Below are positions 13,189 to 25,873 of a DNA stretch of 64,000 nt, in pieces (the first letter of the stretch is position 1; every line of letters begins with the position of its first letter). Under the pieces are notes generated by a model. It did no database searches. It was given only the letters and a program-made list of their open reading frames with translations, and was not told where the DNA came from. This DNA comes from Blepharisma stoltei ATCC 30299 (Eukaryota; Protista; Ciliophora). Position numbers and translations under genes: made by a program. The DNA lies in the NCBI GenBank assembly GCA_965603825.1, contig CBFDEM010000032.1, forward strand, positions 248,001 through 312,000, given 5' to 3'.

Positions 13189-13414
13189 TTAATAAAATAA
13201 GGAAAAATAGGAATTTATGTATGAATTTCGGGATTATTTGAGATTTGCTGTTTTGATGCAAATTTTAATTAATTTACATCATTTTTCTAAATGTTTATAT
13301 AAAAAATTTTTTTTGATTTCCCTTCATTCAATTGCATTTTCTTATAGCGTTTAACAATTTTATAGCTCTCAAATTAATTATATGCTGACTAAAACTTTTA
13401 GAGATTAATTTAAT

Positions 13415-14590
13415 ATGGACTTAGATATAACAATACAACCTAAAGGACTTAAAAATAGAGGTGAGAACAACTGCTTCCTAAATGTAATCCTACAATCATT
13501 GTGAAACATAGAGGTTTTGAGAAATCAACTTATGTCCCAAACCAGGCATGTCCACGAAAAAAGCTTCTTTGAAGAATCAGAAGATCAGAATTTATGCTTA
13601 AAATGCGAAATCGAAGTAAATCCTATCTAGCACTTAATGGTTGAAATCCAATTCTCTGAATCAAAGTCTATCCCTTCCACAACTGTAAGAAGAGCTTTAT
13701 CGCAGCTAACCTCTAAATTTCAAGATAGAGCAGTAAAGAAAATGTAGATGGCATGCGCAGTTGAAGCCTTTGAAGAGATCTTAATGTACATACATAGAGA
13801 GTCAGTCTCCAACTCAATCTGTATTAATTCTTCATCAATTTATATAAAAGATCAACTAAACTCTACAATTTGCAACCCACCATGCATTTCTCATGCAAAT
13901 TTCACATTGCAAACAATAGATGAGTATTTTTGCTGTGGAAAAGATAGAACGGCACATATTCAAAATGAGTTTTTTCTGAGAATTTACGTGTCAGAACTAG
14001 AAGCTCAATATCAGATCTTTGCAAAGATCAATGAAAAGGTGCTGCCTGACTTAGATATCTTGATTGGTGAAGCAGTCAGAGAAGATTTGATGGTTAATTG
14101 CTATAATACTTGTGATGAGTGCTGCCAAAAAGTTGAAATAAAAAGAAGATGGATTACAACTCCACGAGTCTTGGCACTTTATTTGATATGAAACAGTGAT
14201 GTATCATTCAGTAAAACACTTCTAACGTGCCTGAGACATGAGCTTCGGACTTCAGTTATCTTCAGCGCTGATGCAGACCAAGAAATTTATAGAACATATA
14301 CTTTGAAAGGCCTGATTTGCTACAAAGAATATCATTATGTTTCTTTTTATTATAGCCCAATTTTCAATAAATGGTATAAAACTGACGATTCTTCTATTCA
14401 AAAAATAGATTCATGAAGCAAAGTTCTGTCTAAAATCAACAGAAACGGGTTCCAGCCTATTATTTTATTTTACGAAGCAGCTGCTGAGAACTCAATCTTC
14501 CTTGCAGATTCAAATGAAAGTGCCCAAGCTCCCCACGTTGAAGGAGAAGGAATTAGCAAAGGATACTTCGATAGCTGTAGCACATTTTAA
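13415..14590 (+). CDS. Ubiquitin-specific protease, USP53/54-like (381 aa, 2 introns)
   Basis: Cys box GLKNRGENNCFLNVILQSL(W); His box ICYKEYHY...WYKTDD; introns 13616-13630 and 13733-13747; ends CSTF. Confidence 0.85.
13616..13630 (+). other. 15-nt spliceosomal intron
   Basis: gtaaatcctAtctag; removes in-frame TAG. Confidence 0.85.
13733..13747 (+). other. 15-nt spliceosomal intron
   Basis: gtaaagaaaAtgtag; removes in-frame TAG. Confidence 0.85.
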
Positions 14591-14611
14591 TTAAAATTGC
14601 CTAATATAAAT

Positions 14612-16942
14612 ATGTCATCTGGCAGTCACCTTTCTAAAGAGCTTTTCGACCTCGTGAAATCCATTGGTGAGTCCAGGTCCAAACAAGAAGAAGACAAAAT
14701 TATCACTCAAGAGGTCAACCTCCTCAAAGCCAAAATCACAGAGCCCAGCATCCCTCCAAAGAAAATGAAAGAACACCTATTGCGTGCTATCTATATTGAG
14801 ATGCTTGGCCACGACGCCTCATTTGCTTATATCCACGCTATTAACCTTGCACAGAGTTCCAGCCTAATCGCAAAAAGAATTGGCTACTTGACATGTTCTT
14901 TATGCCTGTCCCAAGAAAGCCATTTGATCATTTTATTAGTCGCTACACTTCAAAGAGACCTGCAGAGCCAGAATTATTTAGAAGTCTCAGCGGCGCTCAC
15001 AGTGATTTGCAAGCTTGTGAATGTAGGAATGATGCATGCCATTAGCGACCACGTCGTCAGACTTTTGTCTCATCCAAATGAAATTGTTAGGAAAAAAGCT
15101 GTGATGGTGTTGACCAAGTTTATAAAACTTAACCCATCACTAATCCCTGACTATAATGAGCATTTCCGCAGGGCACTTTGTGATAAGGACCCTTCAGTCA
15201 TGGGAAGCTCCTTAAACGCTTTTTGGTCACTTCTGCAAGATGAAAAAATTAGGCCGCATTATAAAGACTTGATTTCTTCATTTGTGGTGATCCTGAAACA
15301 GATTATTGACCACAGACTTCCACGTGATTATGACTATCATAGGATGCCTGCACCCTGGTTTCAAATTCAGCTGCTAGAAATATTAGGAATGCTGGGACAG
15401 GACGACCAAAAAGCTAGCGAGCAGATGTATGAGATTTTAAGCGAAGTTATGAGAAGGGCTGATGATACTGGAGTTAATGCAGGGTATGCGATTGTTTATC
15501 AGTGCTTAAAAACTATTACTCAAGTTTATCCAAATCCAGCCCTGATTAACAGTGCTGCGCTTTGCATTTCAAGATTTTTGACTTCAGAAAACCATAACTT
15601 AAAATATACAGGAATTACTGGACTTATTTCCATTGTAAAAATTGACCCTACCCAAGCAAGCCAACACCAGATGGTTGTGGTAGACTGTTTAGAAGACACC
15701 GATGATACTTTGAAGAGGAAAACGCTAAATTTGTTGTTCAGGATGACGAATCCTAATAATGTAAGAGTTATCATTGAAAAACTGATGGGCTTTTTAAGGT
15801 CAACAAGCTTTGACTCACATTTGAAAGAAGAATTGGTGAACCAGATTACAGATATTGCTGAAAGGTTCGCTCCAGACTCAAGATGGTATTTAGAAACCAT
15901 GAATGGCGTTTTTGAGCTATCTGGAGAACATGTGAAACCTGGAATTGTCAATAATTTAGTAAGGTTAATTGATGAGTGAAGAGATGATCCTGAGTCTATA
16001 AGATATACGACAGAAGAATATTTAGCTATCCTAGAGCGATCAACTTCTGTCAATGATGCCATGATGCAGGTAGCAGCTTGGGTGTTGGGCGAATTCGCTG
16101 AGTCTCTTGATAGTGACCAGCAATCCCGTGTAATGACCATTCTATGCAAAGCTCTACATTGGAGATTTGAAGACAACCTTACCAAAGGATGGATCCTTAC
16201 AGCTTTACAGAAGCTAGGCCGAGGTGTTCCATCTGATGATGTTAGAGAGCTTGTCAGCAAATTTAGCTCATCCCGTAACGAAGATCTACAACAGCGCTGC
16301 TATGAGTTTGCAGGAGTCTGCACCAAGCTTACTTACCCTATAAGCTTCAAAGAAAACCTTGGCAAAGAGTTTGACCTGACTTTGAACTTTTTGGATGACT
16401 TTGTAAGGCAAAAATTAATGGAAGGAGCAAGACCCTATGATCCAGAAAAAAGCAGAAGAGGTCTAAGTTATTTGATAAATAAAGGCAGAGAAGAATATAA
16501 AGTGAGTGAGGCTTTTCAAGCTATGAAAATGGACCCTTATGAAGCTCCAAAGGTAGAAAGTGGAAGACCTTACTTGGTATCGACTCCTGGAGCACCACCC
16601 CTTCAAGAAGTTAGTGCAGATAGAGAATTTAAGGTGACTAACAGGCTCTGGACTAATGAAGGATACACTGGGAAAAAAGGGCAAGCTCCTGTAGAGCAGC
16701 CGAGACCAAATCAGGGTGGGATTAGTTTGCAGCCTTCGCCTTCTTATGCACCTGGAAGAGCCCAGCCTCCCAAACAGAAAACCCAAAAGGAAATTGAAAA
16801 AGAAAGGTTTGCTCAAAGTCTATTCAGCGGCGTAGGAAATGAGCCAGCTCCTCCACAACCACCTCAGCCAGTGCAAAGGCCTGATCCAAGACCACAACCA
16901 CAGCCGCAACAAAAAAGGATCAATGACCTTTTAGAACTTTAG
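14612..16942 (+). CDS. AP4E1: AP-4 complex subunit epsilon (776 aa; no obvious ear domain)
   Basis: LVKSIGESRSKQEEDKII, YIEMLGHDASFAYIHA, YDYHRMPAPW; in frame through TGA 15977. Confidence 0.92.
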
Positions 16943-17043
16943 ATAACGTAAATGATTAGAATTAATTAAAAATGTTTTTTTTTGTGGAATTATAAATTGT
17001 TTTCTTATTTCAAAACGCACTTAATAATTTTGTACAAATTAAT

Positions 17044-18723
17044 ATGAATAGACAGGATCTGAAAAACGCTCTGAGAGGAGCAATTTTTGACTCAGATGAT
17101 GCGCAAATTGCGATCATCTCAGCTGATATCGTTGCTTCAAATAAAGACAAATGCAAACGGTTTTGCAAGGTTCTTACTAATATTTTTAATTGCAAAGAGA
17201 ATTTGTTTTCAGCGAAGATCCAAGCGTTGAAAATTACCCGATCAATCGCAACCGGCAATAACCCAGGGTTTACTTATTACTTGGAAAGGAAACTTATGCC
17301 TATATTTAAAGACGTCCTTTTTAGCAAGGTATTTTTCACATAGGAACTTCAAAACATCATAAGTTTGAAACAAAGAAACAGAGACCTTGACCTCAGCCAG
17401 AAGACTGAAGCCCAATTTTACCAACTTCTGCACGAGTGCATCACTGAGTGGGCTAAAAATTTTGGGAAAAATAAAAAAGGCAAAGACAATATTTTCTCTA
17501 AACTCAGCTTTGCGGCTGAACCACTCTTTGAACACTTTTCGAAGCAAGAAGTTTTCAAAATTTCTAGCCACTATGACAATTATAAAGAGCTGATCAATAC
17601 AGTCATAGGACTTATGAATCGAAACGGTGACGTCTTAGAAATAACTAAGCAAATCAAGCTCATTAAGTCGTCAAGAAATGAGCTCAAAGCAAAGTTTGAC
17701 CAAGTGACAGAACAAAACATAAGCTCTCATATAAGAATTATAGATGAGCTTAATGAAGTGTGTAAACAGTATAACCAATGAAAAAAGACTATAAATAATC
17801 ATAGAAAATTGTCGACGCCTGATAATGATACTTCAGATAGCAGAGCTGATACTGAAGAGGCTGACATGACTAGTACATTAATTAGGCCACAGAAAGTTAA
17901 AAATGCAGTTCCTGACCCAAAACCGAAGCCAGCTCCTAGATGTGATAGCCCGATTGACTATGATGGGAAAATCACTGATGACTTTGAGCAAGACCCAAAA
18001 GGTCACTATAATATGGTTCCAGAAATTGATCTTGGATATGATCCAGAATGTGAAGACTGAAAAGAGCTTGTAAGAATTACTTAGAATAAAGATTATATCA
18101 GAATAAAAGACAAACTCAAAGAAAGGAAAAAATTCCTTAAACAAACTCTCAAAGAAAATGCTAAATTGCAGAAGTACAACGAACAACTGACAGTTCAGCT
18201 CAGCCAAAATAAAAAAGAACTCCAAGAAGCAGTAAATATTGCAAAGTCCATTAAAAAAGAAAAAAAAGAAATAAAAAACCAAGAAAAAGCCTTCCAAAGT
18301 GTTATTGATGAAGCTATAAAAACCAATGAAAACTTGGAAAATGAACTAAAATCACTCAAAAACAAATACAAAGAAGAAACCAAAGCTCATAAACGCAAAG
18401 ACGATGAGCTGAAACTATTAGCAGAAACAAATGAACTGCTTGATAAAAAGCTGACTTTATATATAAAAAATGAAATGAAACTGATTAAAGAAATAGAAGA
18501 TCTCAAAGCTAGCTCTAAAGAAAGTTCTTCAGCGCGTCATAGAAGATGCATGACTATTTCAAATCCTAGTCAGCCTGCTAATTCAGATGCTCCAAGCCCT
18601 GATAATATCCAATCTCAGCGCAGTACCGATAAAAAATTTTTTTCGCAGCAAGATGAGTCACAGTTAAGCTTTTATTCTGTTGAGAACCCTATATTCCAGA
18701 AGAAAAACACTGTAAACAATTAG
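17044..18723 (+). CDS. hypothetical helical/coiled-coil protein (549 aa, 2 introns)
   Basis: Four track ORFs in one frame joined by TGA=Trp and introns 17329-17343 and 18070-18084. Confidence 0.75.
17329..17343 (+). other. 15-nt spliceosomal intron
   Basis: gtatttttcAcatag; removes in-frame TAG. Confidence 0.85.
18070..18084 (+). other. 15-nt spliceosomal intron
   Basis: gtaagaattActtag; removes in-frame TAG. Confidence 0.85.
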
Positions 18724-18829
18724 AAATAAGCTATTTTAATAATTATATATTAATTTCTTACAACCGCGAAATTCTAACTACTGAAAAAAAAAAAGCGAAA
18801 TAATTCAAATTTTTGATACAAGAAATTAA

Positions 18830-20395
18830 ATGGGATGCTGTGAATGCAAATCATCAACGAAAGAAGAAATGACCAACCAAGAAAAAAACGCCTCACAACA
18901 GCTTTCAGCGAGTAAAACAGACGCTTCTTTGCAGGACCAATCAATAATCACACAGAAATTCAACAAAATGTTCCCCAATATCAAAGTCAGCACAAGAGCT
19001 TCAGTTAAAGTTATTCAAGGAAAAATCTATGATTTCTACGAAATAAAAGAACAGCTCGGGGAAGGTGCTTATGGCTGTGTAAGGCGCGCACTTCATAAGC
19101 AGTCAGGAGTAGAAAGAGCGATAAAATCTATAATGAAAACATATGTGAAAATTTCTGATGCAAAAAATATGCTTCTGGAAGTGGACATTCTGAGGAAGTT
19201 AGATCATCCGAATATTCTGAAAATAATTGAGGTCATACAAGATTTGAGATACTATCATGTGGTTTCAGAAATCTGCACAGGAGGGGAACTTTTTGATAAG
19301 ATAGTTAAGGCTCAGCGCTTTAATGAGCAGATGGCAGCTCATTATATGTACCAAATTTTGTCAGCTGTTAGCTACTGCCATCGACATAAAGTGCTGCATA
19401 GAGATCTCAAGCCAGAAAATTTATTGTTTCAGCATGAAGGAGAAGACTCCCCATTAAAAGTTATTGATTTCGGGGTTTCAAGGCTGCAAACACCTACAAA
19501 CCCGCAGCAGTTTCAAAGATACGGGCTGGCTTATTATACAGCTCCTGAAGCCCTAAATAGAGAATTCACTGAAAAAAGCGATGTATGAAGTTGCGGAGTT
19601 ATCTTATATGTGATGCTATGCGGGTATTTGCCTTTTAATGGAAAAAATGACTACGAAATAATGCAGAACATCCAAACACAAAAATTGCAGTTTCCTGAAA
19701 AGGAATGGAGTAAGATTTCAAAATCAGCTAAAAAGTTCATAAAATTATTATTGAAGAAAAATCCTGAGGAGAGGCCTACAGCTGAGGAAGCATTTCAAGA
19801 AAAATGGGTTCAAGGTAGAACTTCAACAAATGCCCCAAATAAGCCTATTCTTGTCTCTTCCTTGAGAAATCTCACGAGATTTCGCTCAAATATAAAAATC
19901 AAGCAATTTGCCTTTGAGTTTATTACTGCTCATATGACCGCCCAAACTGAAATCGATAACCTCCAGAACGTTTTCATGACACTAGACGCTGATGGAGATG
20001 GCCAATTAAGTAGGGAAGAGCTAATTGCAGGGGCTGAAATTCTGGATTTGCCTTTAAAATTCGACGTAGAGACTATACTTAAAAATTGTGACTTGGACGG
20101 AGATGGGTTTATTAACTATAACGAATTTCTAACAGCTTCAATAGACTGGAAGGCAACTCTTACAAGAAAAAAACTTGAAGCCGCATTTCGTGCCTTTGAC
20201 TTAGACGGAAACGGAGTCATTGAACTAGATGAGTTACGAAAGATGCTTGGTAGTGGGGAAGTTGACGATAATATCTTGCTAGAAGTCATGAACCAAGCAG
20301 ACAAAAATGGAGATGGGGTTATTGACTTAAAAGAATTCGAAGAAGCCATAGTTAGGCGAGGAACAATCGGGACCGGGAGCATTGTTCTTGATTAA
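18830..20395 (+). CDS. Calcium-dependent protein kinase (CDPK), 4 EF-hands, MGCC acylation motif (521 aa)
   Basis: GEGAYG, HRDLKPEN, DFG, KSDV(W=TGA)SCG; DADGDGQL, DLDGDGFI, DLDGNGVI, DKNGDGVI loops. Confidence 0.95.
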
Positions 20396-20438
20396 ATTAT
20401 TTATATTTACATCAGACTTTTTTTTATTATACTAAACT

Positions 20439-22001
20439 ATGTCAAAGCCCTTAAAGCACTCCAGTTCGATGCCTTCTCCGCGCATTATCAACGCAGCCAG
20501 ACGTGCGCGAAAAGCAACAAAGTCAAAAGAAGACTCCTTTGACGCGTCAATCCCTGAGCTTGAACAGCTTCGTGCATTGCGTGCAATTTTGAGGATGAAT
20601 CCAAAAGAGCGGACATCTGAAATGCTAAAAAAGCTATATGACTACACAATCACCCTGAAATTTTTCATGAAAATGAAGGAGGAGTACTCAGAAGAAGTGT
20701 GTCACTCGTGCTGCATGTATATCACTTATGAGTACCATCCTCCAAATTCTTTTATTTGCAGGCAAGGAGAAAAGGGGACTAAGTTCTATATCATTTTGAA
20801 TGGCTCGGCAAAGGTACTAATAGAAAACCAAGAGCATCACCTTTATAAGCAGCAAGTGGGAGAGCTAGGATCTGGGGACACTTTTGGAGAAAGAGCTATC
20901 ATGCTCGGAATCCCACGAGCAGCAAGCATTCAATGTCAGACTCCTTGCCATTTAGCTGTATTAAATGCAAGTGACTATAGGAAAATATTAGATAATATGT
21001 TTGAGGAAAAATTCGAATCAATTGTTGAAGTTCTGAAGAAATTACCCATTTTGCAAGGGTTTTCTAGGAATTATGTACAGAGATTAGGATACTATTTCAG
21101 ACAAAAGAAGTTTAAGAAAGGACAATTTGTATACAAAGAAAAAGATAAGAATGAGGAAATCTATATTATACAAGAAGGCGAATTTAGGATCTGTAAAAAA
21201 GTAGAAGTAACAGTCAAGTCTCCCAAAGCTTTTCCAGAAAAATCTACTCTGAAAAGAAAGCAATATCCATTAGTGACGCAGCTGGCTTCTTTATCTAAAG
21301 GAGAAATGTTCGGTGAGGAAGATATTTTGAGTGATTCAAATTTGAGAACCACTTCTAGCTATTGCCACTCAGATCTTGGTAAAGTACTGGCTATAACCAA
21401 AGATGATTTTTTTAAGCACATTGTAGTCACTGAAGAAGGCAAAGCAGCTATGAGGCAAAGAAATCTTCAAAAATCTGAAAGTAGAAGCCATGTAATGGAA
21501 AACAACTTGAAGCTTAAGAAAATGCATATAGGAGTCATTCCTTTAACGATCAGCTCCCCAGAACCCATGTACACTAGATCAGCTTCTCCATCTCCGAAAC
21601 TTCTCAAGCACCCACCAACTCCTTCTCTGCCAAAAATAAAAGAAGAGTTTGAAAGCTTCAATCACAAATCCATGATATCCAATGACACAGAGCTACTCAA
21701 AACAAGACCAAGCACAATGAAAAATATAACCATCGAGAAGCGCAAATCTCGACAGAAAAAGCCGATAAAAATCGAAATCCGTAACATCCACACATGAAAG
21801 CTAAAAGCAAAAGAGCCTTTAACGCCTATTGACATTCTCCAAGAGCAAGGCAAACTAACCCTCAACGAATTAAAACAAATGCAATATAGTGTAATCACAG
21901 ATGCATGGGAAGAAAAGATGCTCCATGACGGAATCACTTCACGCAGAAGGATGAAGCGACTGTCTGCGACAGAGCATCACATGTTTAGGTTGAGTTGATA
22001 A
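20439..22001 (+). CDS. tandem cyclic-nucleotide-binding domain protein (520 aa)
   Basis: QGEKG..FYII..G, FGE...PRAASI; second domain GEMFGEE; frame runs past TGA 21795 to TGA-TAA at 21996-22001. Confidence 0.88.
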
Positions 22002-22026
22002 ATATATTAAATTTTGTAGTAATAAA

Positions 22027-23091
22027 ATGGATCCTATCTCGTTTTCTGAAGAAATCCTAATTGACAGAGATGGAAATAAATACCAAATCAAAGATGTGGT
22101 AGGGATGAGCTTTAAAATTAGCTTTGAGGAACCCTCAAGGTTTGCGTTTGCTTTAAAGAAAGGTCATGAAGGAATCAGGATCTTCTCGAGATTTGCACTC
22201 TTAATTGCAACTTTGCTGTTTGGGGTACCGCTTGAGCTTTATATGGCACAATATTCGATATTAGTAGTTTTACTCCTGCTGTTCGGGTTTTTCTTCAAAA
22301 TTGTCCCAATTTATTGGAGAATCTATAAGCAGTGTCACGAAAAAGGCTTCAAGGTGTTTTATTTTGAAGACACTGTCGCTTTTGTCGCATTTCAGAAGAA
22401 AATCTGGTCCCATCGCCAAGCAAGACACATAGCTAAAAGAGGATTTATATTTGGAGAGGGAATGGAGCAGTTCATGTATACATTCGTACCATCAATTCTA
22501 TACAATTCAGACAGTCTACGAAGGTGGATAGGATTCGTCGGCCAAGTTATATATCCAATCGTCGTTATCTTGATTCCTATGGTGTTTGGAACTACATTTG
22601 TGCTGGCAAAAATTCTGAAACATTTCATCAAGAGCATGAGAAAAGACATTTTTATTAGGTTTCTCATTTCCAACCTGGATGATATTCTGGAAATCATAGA
22701 GAAACTTGCAAGGTCTATTGGGCCAACTAAATTGGTCATTTTTATTGTTGAGTATGCAGCAGATCTTTTGCTGCCAATTATTTTTGAGGTATTCAGATGG
22801 TTGAGAACTGAATATGTTTTAGTTATTATGCAGATTGATTATTTTAGGGAAAGATATGTTAAAGTATTTAAAACACTGACAAAAATGTACAAAAATGTGT
22901 CAGTTTGGGTAGAAAAATTGGGATTTCATAAAAAAGCTCAACCATTCATTAAGGGGTATAAAAAAATCGATAACACTCTAAGTCCTGGATTGTTGAAGAA
23001 AACAACAAATCAGATATATGATATTAAAGGCAACATCGAGGATGTGAAAGAGCAAATTGAGCTGCATAGAGATGATAAAAAGAATAACTAA
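22027..23091 (+). CDS. hypothetical membrane protein (354 aa)
   Basis: Uninterrupted ORF with several hydrophobic segments. Confidence 0.75.
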   Translation: MDPISFSEEILIDRDGNKYQIKDVVGMSFKISFEEPSRFAFALKKGHEGIRIFSRFALLIATLLFGVPLELYMAQYSILVVLLLLFGFFFKIVPIYWRIYKQCHEKGFKVFYFEDTVAFVAFQKKIWSHRQARHIAKRGFIFGEGMEQFMYTFVPSILYNSDSLRRWIGFVGQVIYPIVVILIPMVFGTTFVLAKILKHFIKSMRKDIFIRFLISNLDDILEIIEKLARSIGPTKLVIFIVEYAADLLLPIIFEVFRWLRTEYVLVIMQIDYFRERYVKVFKTLTKMYKNVSVWVEKLGFHKKAQPFIKGYKKIDNTLSPGLLKKTTNQIYDIKGNIEDVKEQIELHRDDKKNN

Positions 23092-23480
23092 ATCTAAGGT
23101 ATAGTAATTAAAAAATAAATAAGATGTCAAAGTAAGATATTTAATAGACTTCATTACATCTAGCTAAGATTTCCAGATATATATAAGCAAAGCAGATACA
23201 ATTACTGAAATATTAAAAGCCATCATTCAATTTAGGAAAAAATGATCTTGCAGAGTGTTGGTGTTGGAGTTATTAAATCAGTTGGCAAAAAACAATGGGT
23301 TTGATAGTTTCGGCACTAAATGGACTATTCTATGCGTATTAAGAATACTAAGCTCAAAATAAACAACAATAAAAATATTAAACTTAATGAGAAAATATCA
23401 TAATAAGCAATATTATTGGTATAATAATCAACATTAGCCTGATATATTTATAAATCCCAAAAGTTGAAAAATTCCTATAA

Positions 23481-24873
23481 ATGATTTTAATTCTTTTATT
23501 ATTCCAGTTAGCAAACTCAGAATGGGCAGGCTATTTTCACCTAAATGCAAGTCAAACTAAATACAACGTCACACTAGTGAGCCATCCAGTATCTCCTATA
23601 CAGAGATTTTTTAAGCATTCAAGCGAAGTCTGCTACATGACTTACAATCAAACCTGCAACCAAAAGGATTCTTTTTTCATTTTTGACATAGACTTCCCTA
23701 TAGACACCGCAAAAAATATTTCAATTACCCAAAATGCTACAGCTGTTATTTTGATTTTAAACGGGACTACTCTGTGACAGTCAAATATCCCTGCTTTTGC
23801 TATGTCACCTGGTGACGGTTCTTCCTTCCTGAAAGAGCTTTCCTCAACTAACTCTACACTATCAACAATTGATTATTTTTATATATGTAAATTCATATTC
23901 AGATCATTGTGAAGAATACTGGCCCTTAATTTCCACCTCAATCCTTTTCGTAGTAATTTGGCTTGGTATCATATCTATGTGGTGCTACAACAACCACTAT
24001 GCGAATGCAGACCATGCTCAGCTGTTTCACAAATCATCCTCAGTTGTGATTTTATTTAAAGTCCTCACCACAGTAGCCTGATTTTTTGAAACTAGAAATT
24101 GTCCTCCAACTCTGCTCGGAAATGAAGTGATTGGGCTGCTGAAAAAGCAAACAAGAAGCTTATATGAGACCTCCTTTTTCTTTTTGCTTATCTTGCTAAG
24201 CAAAGGATGGAGCGTGTCGCGAAATTCGATATCAAGGAAAGAAATGAACTACCAATTAATGTATTTGGTGCTAATCTATATCATGGATAGTGCTGCCAAT
24301 ATAATTGGGCCAGTTATGAACACTATAGCATTAATGATGTATTTATCGCTTTTCATTCATATTTCATTATACTGCTGCTCCACTATAAAATCCTTATTTA
24401 TTCAGGCAGAAGTCATTAATGAAGCAAGGGTTCTCCACTTACTACCAATTGTAGCTAAAAAGAAAAGGATATTTTACTCATTTACAGTCCTCTGCTTCTT
24501 TTACTTTTTTGGAGAGTTTTCAATCCATATTTTGCTGTCAGATTCAATTTTAGATATAGACATCACCTGGCAGATGAAATACGCGATGTGGAACCTTGCA
24601 CATGAATTTATGGAGGTTTTTATAATTGGAGGGATTTTATATTTATATAGAGCAAGAAATATGGGAAGATTTTTCTCGTTAGATTTATTGGACTCTGAAG
24701 AAGTCCAGCAGTTGAGAATCATTCCATTTTATGAAGCAAATACTGAAAAATCCAGCGAGGAAACTGGGCTTATCATATTTTTGCAGCCAGAGTCTACACT
24801 TTTGGTAGGAAAAGAAATAAAAATGAGTAAGGCTATAATTGAAACTGAGTCAATAGAACTGCAAGAAATATAA
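23481..24873 (+). CDS. signal peptide + lumenal domain + about 7 TM protein (GPR107/TMEM145/GPR180-like; 458 aa, 1 intron)
   Basis: Joined by TGA=Trp and 16-nt intron 23887-23902; LILLSKGWS motif; family assignment tentative. Confidence 0.7.
23887..23902 (+). other. 16-nt spliceosomal intron
   Basis: gtaaattcatAttcag; corrects a frame offset of one base. Confidence 0.85.
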
Positions 24874-24887
24874 GAATTTGACATAAA

Positions 24888-25772
24888 TTAAAAAATAAAA
24901 CATGCGCATAAGTCTCTCTTCATGACTTCTGGCCTTCGATTCGAAGGAGCTGGAATTTTTTCTTCATCAATTGCATCGCTGAACATCTTAACGTATGCAT
25001 GCTTGACTTTCTGTAGGCAGAGCCTGCATACCACTTGTTCCACCAGCCTGACTGGAACCATCGTCTGTATAAAATCTCTGATCTCTAAATAGTTCGATTC
25101 CAGCTCATTTATTTCCTTATTCTTCTCTATCATTTTGTTTCTTTTATCGTCTAATTCCATCTTCACTTTCCCCATCCACCTGGTCGTCGCGTTTTCTGTG
25201 TACTTGGTTGCGTCAAGTTGCCCCTTGATTCTCTGCAGCTCTTCATTCAATTTCTGCTTCTCCTCGCTTTCCTCTGCTAACTTCTTATTCAGATTTTCTT
25301 CTTCCTGTGAGGTTTTGTTGTAAATTTCGTTCAGTTCTTTTCTTAAAGCCTTTTCCTTGGTGCTTTCCTTGTGAAGCAGCTGTGTTCTGGACTCCCTAAC
25401 TTCTTTTGACCTGATAATATCATTCATAATCTGGTCTTTTATTTCTTGATCAGCATCCAATCTCTGTTTTAATAGTCGCTCATGCATGCATTTATCACAA
25501 ATCCTATCTAGTTCGTCTCGTGATTGCACTACAAGATGCTCTTTGCATGTGGGTTCTTGGCATTCTTTGCAAGTGTATTTCTTTTTGATGAGGGAAAAAT
25601 TGACATTGCAGATGTGGCAGGACTCAACAATGATTTCTTTCCCGCCCATGGCTTCAAGAAGGAAAGGATTGAATATCTTGACTGATTGCCGATTTGAGTT
25701 TGGCCGTGGAGGGAGATTGAGAGAAATTGTGGATTCTTCCTTTTGAGAGCTTAGCATATCAGATAGTTTCAT
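24888..25772 (-). CDS. FYVE-like zinc finger + coiled-coil protein with CaaX (CFIF)
   Basis: CHIC..FSLIKKKYTCKEC...CKEH...RICDKC; coiled coil; C-terminal CACFIF. Confidence 0.78.
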   Translation of the reverse strand: MKLSDMLSSQKEESTISLNLPPRPNSNRQSVKIFNPFLLEAMGGKEIIVESCHICNVNFSLIKKKYTCKECQEPTCKEHLVVQSRDELDRICDKCMHERLLKQRLDADQEIKDQIMNDIIRSKEVRESRTQLLHKESTKEKALRKELNEIYNKTSQEEENLNKKLAEESEEKQKLNEELQRIKGQLDATKYTENATTRWMGKVKMELDDKRNKMIEKNKEINELESNYLEIRDFIQTMVPVRLVEQVVCRLCLQKVKHAYVKMFSDAIDEEKIPAPSNRRPEVMKRDLCACFIF

Positions 25773-25873
25773 TTTTAAAATATAAGGGATTAATAAGTAT
25801 TATTTCTTAGAACTCTGCTGCTGCATAATATTAATAAAGAGAATCCTTAATTTGTGTTATTCATATATCATAA

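Noticed and set aside
13628-13630. In-frame TAG as stop readthrough or Gln reassignment
   Set aside because: Internal TAGs are acceptors of 15-nt GT-AG introns (47285 is explained by a frameshift), and TAG ends several genes
15526-16260. 244-aa antisense ORF
   Set aside because: Shadow of AP-4 epsilon on the opposite strand; no motifs
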